Shown here: piece after piece, positions 46,526-54,724 of the stretch
Numbering within the stretch: position 1 is the stretch's first letter
How the letters are laid out: every line of letters starts with the position of its first letter
Assembly: GCA_900547165.1 (NCBI GenBank)
Contig: URFZ01000003.1
Location: 30,997-94,996, forward strand
Source of the DNA: an uncultured Eubacteriales bacterium
GTDB lineage: Bacteria; Bacillota; Clostridia; Oscillospirales; UBA644
DNA length: 64,000 nt
Direction: 5' to 3'
The notes under the pieces: generated by a model
Database searches by the model: none
What the model was told of the DNA's origin: nothing
Seen by the model: the letters and a program-made list of their open reading frames with translations, nothing else
Program-made: the position numbers and the translations under genes

Positions 46526-47653
46526 TCAAGTCCCCAACGGCAATTTTTTATAAATTTTTAAGCACTTTATCATATAATCCACCTCTTCAACCGTGTTGAA
46601 AGGCGAAAAACTCACACGGACCACGCCCGATTCGGTCGTTCCGAGTTTTTTGTGCGCAAGCGCCGAGCAATGAAATCCGCCGCGAACACATATTCCTTTT
46701 GAACTAAGGTATGAAGTCACTTCTTCCGAATGCGACCCCTGCACATTAAACGCAACAGTCCCCACCGAATCGGCAGAAGAATAAAGTGTGATATTTTTGA
46801 GTTTTTTCAGTTCATTTATTGCGTGCCGAATAAGTGATTTTTCATAAAATGAATTATTGGGATTTCGTCGCAAAAATCTGATACCCTCGCAAAGTGAAAT
46901 TATAGCGGGCGTTGCAACCGTGCCGCTTTCAAGAGCCTCGGGAACAATCTCAGGTTGCAAAAGATTGAGAGATTCCGTTCCCGTTCCACCGTAAAGCAAC
47001 GGCGACGGGGGAGTTTTTCTGAACAGTAAAAGTCCAGACCCCTGTATGCCGAACAAGCCTTTATGTCCGGAAGTGCATAAATAATCAATTTCAGCATTTT
47101 TCATATCAATCGGAATATGTCCCGCAGCCTGCGAAGCGTCTGTTCCGAATAAGATACCGTTTTTATGAGCAATTTGTGCAAGAGGACGCAAGGGAAGTAC
47201 TTTGCCCGTGACATTTGAAACAGCCGTAGGGAAGATGAGCCTTGTTTCTGGACGGATAAGCGCCTTGACAGACGCTTCAATATCGTTTGAATCGGCAATA
47301 TCAAACGTTACACCTCGTGATGAAAGAGCTGTCAGCGGTCTCGTTACGGAATTATGCTCCATGTCGGACACTATAACGTGATCGCCTTTGAAAAGAAGTC
47401 CGAAAAGCAAGAGATTTATCGATTCCGTCGCATTTTTGGTGAATATAACATTTTCAGGTTCGCATCCAAAATATTCGGAAATGACCTCGCGTGCTTCAAA
47501 AATTCGTTCTGCCGCTTCAAAAGAAAGACTGTGTCCGCTTCGCCCCGGGTTTGAAGTGTTCGAGCGCAGGTTTCTGTTAACGGCACTCAGAACGTTTTCC
47601 GGTTTCGGAAAAGTCGAAGCGGCATTGTCAAAATAAACAGGGAAGTCAATCAT
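46526..47653 (-). CDS. Class-V aminotransferase-fold PLP enzyme (cysteine desulfurase / selenocysteine lyase-like, short N-terminus subgroup)
   Basis: YFDNAASTFPKP..NPGRSGHSLS..FTKNATESINLLL..SGHKGLFGIQGSG (PLP-Lys context). Confidence 0.8.
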   Translation of the reverse strand: MIDFPVYFDNAASTFPKPENVLSAVNRNLRSNTSNPGRSGHSLSFEAAERIFEAREVISEYFGCEPENVIFTKNATESINLLLFGLLFKGDHVIVSDMEHNSVTRPLTALSSRGVTFDIADSNDIEASVKALIRPETRLIFPTAVSNVTGKVLPLRPLAQIAHKNGILFGTDASQAAGHIPIDMKNAEIDYLCTSGHKGLFGIQGSGLLLFRKTPPSPLLYGGTGTESLNLLQPEIVPEALESGTVATPAIISLCEGIRFLRRNPNNSFYEKSLIRHAINELKKLKNITLYSSADSVGTVAFNVQGSHSEEVTSYLSSKGICVRGGFHCSALAHKKLGTTESGVVRVSFSPFNTVEEVDYMIKCLKIYKKLPLGT

Positions 47654-47864
47654 AGTTTTTTATTCCGTGAACGGGAATTCCTCTTTGCTGAAACAGTTTT
47701 GTTGTTCTCGGCAATTCCGAACCGTCGACGACAATGCACCAAGAACAGCCGAAAGCCGACGGTTGACGTGATTTTTCCGCATAACATTTTATATTATTTG
47801 CAAAAAGCAATTTTTTCGCACGCTGTAAGTGTGTCGCAGAATTTATCAAAATACACTTTTTCAT
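47646..47864 (-). CDS. DUF3343-like small protein (putative S/Se carrier-like fold)
   Basis: 72 aa. The pattern CILINSATHLQRAKKLL...GCSWCIVV resembles the DUF3343 family. An 8-nt overlap couples it to the class-V enzyme gene. Confidence 0.6.
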   Translation of the reverse strand: MKKCILINSATHLQRAKKLLFANNIKCYAEKSRQPSAFGCSWCIVVDGSELPRTTKLFQQRGIPVHGIKNYD

Positions 47865-47926
47865 CTCGATTTTCCTTTCTTTTCTTGCTTCATTATATGA
47901 TATGTCGTCTCCCCGAAAAATGAAAA

Positions 47927-47953
47927 TGAAGCGCAGTCAAAACCGGCGCTTCA
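47927..47953 (-). terminator. Terminator of the recombinase gene
   Basis: tgaagcgc/gcgcttca, an 8-bp stem. On the minus strand it is followed by the T-rich ttttcattttt. Confidence 0.65.
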
Positions 47954-47985
47954 CTTTACTAAATATGTTTTATTTGTGTTTTTGT

Positions 47986-48966
47986 TTAATCTTTCTTTTT
48001 GTGTATGTCAAGCGTGTCAAGTGGGTTGTTTTCAATCGCTTTATCGACTTGTTCGTCTCCGATATGCGTATATATCTGTGTCGTTCCGAGGTTTGCGTGT
48101 CCGAGAACCGCTTGCAGTACACGAACGTCAACGCCGTTCTGATACATAAGCGTCGCCGCGGTATGACGGAGTTTATGTGTTGAATATTTTTCCGGGTCAA
48201 GTCCGCTTTTTTCTATGAAAGTTTTTATCATCGTCTGAATCATCCTGTTTGAAAGTCTGTTGCCGTTTCTGCTCAAAAACAGGGCTTTTTCCGCGCCTCC
48301 TTTGATATGTGTCTCCGAGTATCTGTCTTTCATATATTCCTGAATTGCTTCAATGCACATAGCATTCAGATGAAGCCTGCGTTCTTTGTTTCCTTTACCT
48401 CTGACAATAACGGATTCTCGGTCAAAATCAATGTCTCCGATATCCATACCCGCAAGTTCGGAAAGACGCATACCACAATTCAAAAACAGAGTAATTATGC
48501 AATAATTCCGCGAAAAATTCTTGCCGTCAATAGATTCCAAAAGTTTTTTTGCTTCAAAAAGATTCAAATGGACGGGGAGTTCTTTCGGCATTTTCGGAAC
48601 TTCGAGATTTAGCGCGGGATTCTCGTCAATGATATTATTTTTTTGCAGGTATTTGAAAAAACCACGCAATGAAGATATTTTTCTTGCTCTTGCGCGGGCA
48701 TGATTGTCAAGTTCGCTCGTGGTATAATTCAGGTAATTGAGTAAATCACCGAATGTTAATTTTTTCACAATCTCAATGTGGACAAATCTTCCGTCGGACG
48801 GAATCTCAACAGACGGCGACTTAATGCCGTTTTCATCGGCAAGCCATTGGAAAAACAGTTTCATATCAAGATAGTATTGATCTACCGTTTTTTGCGATAA
48901 ATTCTGAACATTACGTTTATAAAAAAGAAACTCGCGGCAAAAGCCCGGAACAGATTCGTAAACCAT
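47986..48966 (-). CDS. Xer-type tyrosine site-specific recombinase
   Basis: SAM-like N-domain and a catalytic domain with the R...HxxR...Y residues (GMRLSELAGM, HKLRHTAATLMYQNG, LGHANLGTTQIYTH). Confidence 0.85.
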   Translation of the reverse strand: MVYESVPGFCREFLFYKRNVQNLSQKTVDQYYLDMKLFFQWLADENGIKSPSVEIPSDGRFVHIEIVKKLTFGDLLNYLNYTTSELDNHARARARKISSLRGFFKYLQKNNIIDENPALNLEVPKMPKELPVHLNLFEAKKLLESIDGKNFSRNYCIITLFLNCGMRLSELAGMDIGDIDFDRESVIVRGKGNKERRLHLNAMCIEAIQEYMKDRYSETHIKGGAEKALFLSRNGNRLSNRMIQTMIKTFIEKSGLDPEKYSTHKLRHTAATLMYQNGVDVRVLQAVLGHANLGTTQIYTHIGDEQVDKAIENNPLDTLDIHKKKD

Positions 48967-49385
48967 TAAATAAACCTCCGTAAATGTAAAACAAAAAGCA
49001 GAAAATGCAGATTTCGCTCTATACAGTAAATAAACACATCAAACAGCGCAAACTCAAACGAGGAAGTGTTCGACGGAAATCACGCTGTCGGCTGTATCCG
49101 AACGGACTGTCTTTGAATGCAGAAAAAACAGATAAGCCGGTCTAAAAATTCAAAACAAAAAACAGAAAGAAATAAATATAAATGGAGACTTAAAAAATAC
49201 ATCATAAAATGAATCAATCTGTGGCTGTTGATGTAATTGAATTTCTTACGGCGGAAATAACAACAATCAAATAACTTTAAAAACCAAATTACAAATAAAC
49301 TCGCAATCAATTATGACATTAAAGTAATGCTATAAAAGCGACAATATCGAACTATTTGACCTTATCCTCAATACTTTACTGCCCC

Positions 49386-49417
49386 GAATTGCGCAAAATA
49401 TTCATTTTGCGCAATTC
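49386..49417. promoter_or_regulatory. Perfect 14-bp inverted repeat (operator or RNA hairpin) at about +5 to +36 of the minus-strand promoter
   Basis: gaattgcgcaaaat-attc-attttgcgcaattc. Confidence 0.5.
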
Positions 49418-49428
49418 GATATATCTTA

Positions 49429-49457
49429 ATTATAGCATAAAAAACGGAGATTGTCAA
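49429..49457 (-). promoter_or_regulatory. Perfect consensus promoter embedded in the V-ATPase terminator
   Basis: On the minus strand: TTGACA (49457-49452), a 17-nt spacer, then TGcTATAAT (-10 at 49434-49429). Confidence 0.6.
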
Positions 49458-49483
49458 TCCCCTTTAAGGATTTTCAATCTCCG
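49445..49483 (-). terminator. Terminator of the V-type ATPase operon
   Basis: cggagattg..aatcc-[cctttaa]-ggatt..caatctccg, 14 bp in total. On the minus strand it is followed by TTTTTT. Confidence 0.75.
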
Positions 49484-49568
49484 AAATGCGTAATTTGGTT
49501 GTAATAGGAATACGCACGGTTGTTATGATAAAAGTGTAAAATACAACAGCTTTATCAACAGAAAGAAA

Positions 49569-50195
49569 TCAATCACGCTTTTCTGCGTCTTTTCTGTTCT
49601 TGATGATTTTCATTCGTGAGAACTCTTCGCGTTCCTTTTCTTCAAGCGTGTTTACAATGAACTTAACCGTTGCTTCCTGTCTCGGAATTACGATATTTTT
49701 CAGCGAGTTTGCGCGACGCTGAGTTTTCTTTATCGCAATGGCAAGTCTGTAAACGGAGTTTTCGATTTCGGAAAGCGTTACGCAGAGTTCTTTGACACGT
49801 TCGAATTTCGAATAGGCATTGTCAAGAGCGGCATCTGTTTCCATAAGACCGTAAGGCACGGTCTCTTCCCTTTTCTCTTCAAGCGTAACAAGAGGAACCT
49901 CCACTCCCATAACGCTTTTTGTCCTTATTCTGACACCGTTTTCAACGGGAACTGCTTCCGCAATGCTCTGTATAACGCCCGATGAAAGATTTGCTTCTAT
50001 CAAAGAAGCGTATGCCTCAGAAAAGACTTTATCTATTTCAGACTGTATTGAAGTCGCTTTATCGACGAGCAGCATCATTTCACGAATTAGTATATTGCGT
50101 TTTTTATCCATAAGTTCATAGCCCGTCTTTGCCAAAGCAAGCGAGCGCTGAGTGCTTATCAGATTTCCTTTCGTAGCAAATACCGTTGCCGCCAT
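49569..50195 (-). CDS. ntpD: V-type ATP synthase subunit D
   Basis: MAATVFATKGNLISTQRSLALAKTGYELMDKKRNILIREM is the typical V1-D N-terminus. Confidence 0.9.
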   Translation of the reverse strand: MAATVFATKGNLISTQRSLALAKTGYELMDKKRNILIREMMLLVDKATSIQSEIDKVFSEAYASLIEANLSSGVIQSIAEAVPVENGVRIRTKSVMGVEVPLVTLEEKREETVPYGLMETDAALDNAYSKFERVKELCVTLSEIENSVYRLAIAIKKTQRRANSLKNIVIPRQEATVKFIVNTLEEKEREEFSRMKIIKNRKDAEKRD

Positions 50196-50208
50196 AAGTT
50201 TGATTCCT

Positions 50209-51576
50209 CTATCTGTTGTAATACTTTTCTATATATTTCGGGTCTACCCTGTCAAGTTCGCTTGCCGGCAGGATTCGAAGCAGTTCCCAGCCGAGGTTAA
50301 GGGTTTCGTCTATTGTTCTCGATTCCGTGAAATCCTGCGTCAAAAAACTTTTTTCGAACTCTTCGCCGAACTTCATATACAATTTGTCAACATCCGAAAG
50401 TTCCTCTTCACCGACAACGGAAGCAAGACTTCTTGCCTGCTGAACTTTTGAATACGACGCAAACAACTGGTTTGAAACGACCGAATGGTCTTCCCTTGTA
50501 TACCCATCGCCTATTCCGTCTTTCATCAAACGCGAAAGCGAAGACAAAATGGAAACGGACGGATAAACGCCTTTCTGTTCAAGGCTTCTGTCAAGAACTA
50601 TCTGTCCCTCGGTAATATAACCCGTCAAGTCGGGAATCGGGTGCGTTATATCGTCGTTAGGCATTGTCAGAATGGGGATCTGCGTTATCGAACCTGTCTT
50701 TCCTTCCACCATACCCGCACGTTCATAAATGGAAGCAAGGTCGGAATACAGATAGCCGGGATAGCCTTTTCTGCCAGGAATTTCGTTCTTTGAAGACGAA
50801 AGTTCACGAAGAGCTTCGGCATATGAAGTCATATCGGTCAAGATAACAAGAATGTGCATTCCGCATTCGAATGCAAGGTATTCTGCTGCTGTAAGAGCGA
50901 GACGCGGAATCATAATTCTTTCGGCAATGGGGTCATTTGAAAGGTTCTGGAACATAACGACCTTGGAAAGTACGCCCGCTTCTCTGAATTGTTGCAGGAA
51001 ATACTGCGAAACGTCATGTTTGATCCCCATTGAACCGAATACGATACCAAACTCACCCTCGGAGCCGAGTCTTGCCTGACGCACAATCTGTGCGGCAAGT
51101 TTGTTGTGGGACATACCCGAGCCTGAAAATACGGGGAGTTTTTGTCCTCTTATAAGCGTCATCAGCGCGTCTATGCTTGATATTCCGGTATGAATGTAGT
51201 TTCTCGGATAGCGTCTGCAAACGGGATTTATGGGCAAGCCGTTAACATCAACATATTTTTCGGCAAATACGGGACCGAGACCGTCGATAGGTTCTCCCGA
51301 ACCGTTGAAAACACGTCCGATAATTTCCCTTGAAACACCGAGTTCCATCGGTTTTCCCGCAAATTTTGTGCGGGTGTTGTTCATAGAAAGACCTATCGTT
51401 CCCTCAAAAACCTGAACAATAGCCTTGTCTCCCGTTATTTCGATGACTCTGCCGAGTTTTTTTGTTCCGTCGTCAAGTTTGATTTCGCAAACTTCTTCGT
51501 ACCCGACACCGCGAACGCCGTCAACAACGACAAGCGGACCGTTTATACCCGAAAGTCCTTTATATTCAAACTGCAA
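50209..51576 (-). CDS. ntpB: V-type ATP synthase subunit B
   Basis: 455 aa of the non-catalytic alpha/beta-family subunit ([26 protein letters not shown]). TTG start directly after the subunit A stop, with SD gaggtg. Confidence 0.95.
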   Translation of the reverse strand: MQFEYKGLSGINGPLVVVDGVRGVGYEEVCEIKLDDGTKKLGRVIEITGDKAIVQVFEGTIGLSMNNTRTKFAGKPMELGVSREIIGRVFNGSGEPIDGLGPVFAEKYVDVNGLPINPVCRRYPRNYIHTGISSIDALMTLIRGQKLPVFSGSGMSHNKLAAQIVRQARLGSEGEFGIVFGSMGIKHDVSQYFLQQFREAGVLSKVVMFQNLSNDPIAERIMIPRLALTAAEYLAFECGMHILVILTDMTSYAEALRELSSSKNEIPGRKGYPGYLYSDLASIYERAGMVEGKTGSITQIPILTMPNDDITHPIPDLTGYITEGQIVLDRSLEQKGVYPSVSILSSLSRLMKDGIGDGYTREDHSVVSNQLFASYSKVQQARSLASVVGEEELSDVDKLYMKFGEEFEKSFLTQDFTESRTIDETLNLGWELLRILPASELDRVDPKYIEKYYNR

Positions 51577-53373
51577 TTATTTCACCTCATTTGAACCGAA
51601 ATTTTCTTCCGTAACAGCGGCAAATGCCTTGTCGATTTCCTGTTTTTTATCGTTGAAAATCGAGTCGTCGTTTTCTTTAATCTCGAATTTCAAGCGGATA
51701 ACGGAATCGAAAACTCCCGTCTTTACAAGCTGCGATATGGGAACCGCACGGGAAATTATTTTCTGCGCTTCATCATAAAGATAGAGAATAAGTTCCATCA
51801 TTTTGAACTGTCTGTCGATAGACATATATGTGTCTATCGGGTGCATTGCGTTCTGCTGCAAAAAACCTACGCGGATAACTTTTGCGATCTCTATAACAAG
51901 CCTTTGAGCGTCGGGCAGAACGTCGGCACCGATAAGTTTAACGATTTCCATCAACTGGTCTTCCTCGTTGAGTAAACGAAGAATACGTCCGCGATATTTT
52001 GTGAAGTTCGCGTTCACGTTTTCGTTATACCACGGAGCAAGCGCGTCCATATATTCGGAATAACTCGTCATCCAGTTAATTGCGGGATAGTGCCGGGCAT
52101 ACGCAAGGCTCTTATCAAGAGCCCAGAAGCAGGAAACAAAACGCTTTGTATTCTGCGTTACGGGCTCAGAGAAGTCGCTTCCCTGCGGGCTGACCGCACC
52201 GATAAGAGTAATCGACGCTTCCTCACCGCCGAGAGTTCTTACATATCCTCCGCGTTCATAAAATTCGGCAAGACGTGACGGAAGATATGCGGGATATCCC
52301 TCTTCTGCGGGCATTTCTTCAAGTCTGCCGCTTATCTCACGCAAAGCCTCTGCCCAACGCGAGGTCGAGTCTGCCATTATAGCAACATCATATCCCATGT
52401 CACGGTAATATTCGGCAATTGTAATACCGGTATAAATCGAGGCCTCACGCGCCGCAACGGGCATATTGGACGTGTTTGCGATAAGCACGGTTCTGTCCGT
52501 CAGCGGAGTACCCGTTTTCGGGTCGATAAGTCCCGAAAATTCTTCAAGAACCTGTGTCATCTCGTTTCCGCGTTCGCCGCAACCGATATAGATGATAATA
52601 TCCGCATCGGACCACTTTGCAAGTTGGTGCTGATGCATCGTTTTGCCTGTTCCGAAACCTCCCGGAATAGCCGCAGCCCCGCCCTTTGCAATGGGAAACA
52701 TCGTGTCAACATTTCTTTGACCCGTGATAAGCGGTTTAGAAAGAGGAAGTCTTTCCGCCACTGGACGCGGCACACGAATGGGCCATTCCTGCGTCAGGCT
52801 GAGTTCTTCAACCGTCCCCTGCTCCGTCTGTACTTTTATAAGCGTATCGGAAATTGTATATTCGCCGTTTTTTGCCGCAAAAATAACCGTTCCCGAGCAA
52901 GTGCTCGGAGCACGATATTCAATTCTCGACGTTTCGCGGCAAGTCGCATAGATCTGTCCGCGGCTGATTTGTTCACCCTCGGACACGGTCACCGTAACCG
53001 CATATTTTTTCTTTGTATCCGCTTTTTCAACATCACAGCCCGTCTCAATATACGGTGTTGAGATTGCTTCAAGCGCTTTAAGAGGACGCTCAATACCGTC
53101 AAAAATATTGCCGATGATACCCGGGGCGAGCGTAACGCTCATCGGCTTTCCGGTCCGTTCGATAGGTTCACCGGTTTTCAAACCCGTCGTGGATTCATAT
53201 ACCTGAACGGTAACTTCCCCGTCCACATTGGAAATAACCTCACCTATCAGTTTTTTATTTCCGACATATACGGTCTCCTGCATTTTCAGGTCGTCCGCAT
53301 TTTTGACCTTGACAACAGGACCGTTGATCGAATAGATAGTTATGTTTTCGTTCATATTGTCACTTTCCGTCAT
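51577..53373 (-). CDS. ntpA: V-type ATP synthase catalytic subunit A
   Basis: Walker A GGFGTGKT, the GERGNEMT motif and PGREGYPAYL-like (EEGYPAYLPSRLAEFYERGG). 598 aa. Confidence 0.95.
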   Translation of the reverse strand: MTESDNMNENITIYSINGPVVKVKNADDLKMQETVYVGNKKLIGEVISNVDGEVTVQVYESTTGLKTGEPIERTGKPMSVTLAPGIIGNIFDGIERPLKALEAISTPYIETGCDVEKADTKKKYAVTVTVSEGEQISRGQIYATCRETSRIEYRAPSTCSGTVIFAAKNGEYTISDTLIKVQTEQGTVEELSLTQEWPIRVPRPVAERLPLSKPLITGQRNVDTMFPIAKGGAAAIPGGFGTGKTMHQHQLAKWSDADIIIYIGCGERGNEMTQVLEEFSGLIDPKTGTPLTDRTVLIANTSNMPVAAREASIYTGITIAEYYRDMGYDVAIMADSTSRWAEALREISGRLEEMPAEEGYPAYLPSRLAEFYERGGYVRTLGGEEASITLIGAVSPQGSDFSEPVTQNTKRFVSCFWALDKSLAYARHYPAINWMTSYSEYMDALAPWYNENVNANFTKYRGRILRLLNEEDQLMEIVKLIGADVLPDAQRLVIEIAKVIRVGFLQQNAMHPIDTYMSIDRQFKMMELILYLYDEAQKIISRAVPISQLVKTGVFDSVIRLKFEIKENDDSIFNDKKQEIDKAFAAVTEENFGSNEVK

Positions 53374-53942
53374 TCAAGGCGCAATTTGCCGCCGTTAATG
53401 AAATCCGTTCTTTCCTTTTCAACACGGTTGTCAAAAGAAAGGTCAAGCAAAAGATTTCCCTTTCCGAATATAACGCCGCCGAGCCTTACAGATGAATCTT
53501 CCTCAAACGAAAGTTCGGGAAGAATGTTTTTGCAGAGTTCTTTTTCACCTTTTGCGCAATAAGCGACATCGGGTATTCCGAACTCTTTTACGGCTGCCTC
53601 GTATGCTTTTTTCAGATACTCTCCGTAACCGTCGGACTTGCGGAATGCCACAAGCCTGTTCTCCAATTCGGAGAAGAGTCCCCGCATATATGCCTCTCTC
53701 TTAACGAGAATATTTTTTCTTAATTTTGCGTCTTTGGTGACAAGTTCTTTTTCGTCTCGGCTTCTGAGTTCATCGTAACTCATAGACTTGATTTCCGATA
53801 TTTCATCGGAAAGACGCTTTTTTTCCGCGGAAACGGTATCTTCAATTATCTTTTTCGTTTCGGCTTCCGTCTCTTCCGCGGAACGCTGTGCCGCGGCAAG
53901 CACGGTTTGTCTCAAAAGTTCGAGTTTTTCTCTGTTATCCAT
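53370..53942 (-). CDS. ntpE: V-type ATP synthase subunit E
   Basis: 190 aa with a long N-terminal charged helix and a globular C-terminus. Operon position also fits. Confidence 0.75.
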   Translation of the reverse strand: MDNREKLELLRQTVLAAAQRSAEETEAETKKIIEDTVSAEKKRLSDEISEIKSMSYDELRSRDEKELVTKDAKLRKNILVKREAYMRGLFSELENRLVAFRKSDGYGEYLKKAYEAAVKEFGIPDVAYCAKGEKELCKNILPELSFEEDSSVRLGGVIFGKGNLLLDLSFDNRVEKERTDFINGGKLRLE

Positions 53943-53957
53943 ACAGTATCCTTTGAA

Positions 53958-54266
53958 TTACAGTTTGACGCCTATCGCTTCGCTGATATACGAACTTATG
54001 GCGTCCTTCGTTCTGCCCGCGCCGTGTCTGTCGGGAATTTCGACGATAAGCGGCAGCGAGCGTCCGAGTTTAAGCCCGTTTATATATTTGGGTGCTAGTT
54101 TGACGAGCTTTTCGGTCACAAGCAAAATTCCTATTTCGGAATCACTCAGACACTTTTCGACCTCCGCCCGAAAAGACGGCTCATCATTTACGACAACGCC
54201 CTCAATCCCGCAGAGGCGAAGCCCCATTTTGGTATCGGTGTTGTCACTTATAACGAACAGTTTCAT
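53958..54266 (-). CDS. V-type ATP synthase subunit F
   Basis: 102 aa. MKLFVISDNTDTKMGLRLCGIEGVVV is the pattern of the small F subunit. Confidence 0.8.
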   Translation of the reverse strand: MKLFVISDNTDTKMGLRLCGIEGVVVNDEPSFRAEVEKCLSDSEIGILLVTEKLVKLAPKYINGLKLGRSLPLIVEIPDRHGAGRTKDAISSYISEAIGVKL

Positions 54267-54270
54267 TTTT

Positions 54271-54708
54271 TTACAGTTTTCCTACAATCTGGAACGAGAT
54301 AAGCATACCGTAAATTGCGATACCTTCTGCAAGTGCAACGAAGATTATCGACTTTGCGAACATGGACGGATTTTCGGAAGATGCTCCAATTGCGGCACTT
54401 GCGGCGGAAGCAACGGCAACGCCTGCGCCGAGACACGCAAGACCTGTCGAAAGAGCGGCAGCGATATATGCCATACCGGTGCCGACTGAAAGGTTACCCG
54501 CAGCGGCGGCAACCGCTTCCGAGGTTTCTCCTGCGGCGGAAGCCGACAACGGCAGCGCAATAATGATGCCTATTCCGAGTGCGAAAAACATACAAATATT
54601 GGTTATGAGAGCCGCTTTGCCGGATTTACCTTTTTTGGAACGCTTGGTAGCGATAACAAGGGGAACCATTGTCATAAGAAGCAGCGCAAATACTATGAGT
54701 TTTTCCAT
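54271..54708 (-). CDS. ntpK: V-type ATP synthase proteolipid subunit K
   Basis: Gly/Ala-rich TM hairpins with the ion-binding Glu context (VALAEGIAIYGML). Confidence 0.85.
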   Translation of the reverse strand: MEKLIVFALLLMTMVPLVIATKRSKKGKSGKAALITNICMFFALGIGIIIALPLSASAAGETSEAVAAAAGNLSVGTGMAYIAAALSTGLACLGAGVAVASAASAAIGASSENPSMFAKSIIFVALAEGIAIYGMLISFQIVGKL

Positions 54709-54724
54709 TTTAATATACCATCCT

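Noticed and set aside
47986-48966. Tyrosine recombinase as the marker of an integrated mobile element or prophage
   Set aside because: No phage, transposon or conjugation genes flank it. I could find no flanking direct repeats. The sequence looks Xer-like (chromosome dimer resolution type). The neighbouring AT-rich gap is reported separately as an open question.
49080-49310. 76-aa minus-strand ORF in the AT-rich gap upstream of the recombinase
   Set aside because: It has a TTG start without an SD. Its Phe/Leu/Cys/Tyr-rich composition is typical of translating T-rich non-coding DNA.
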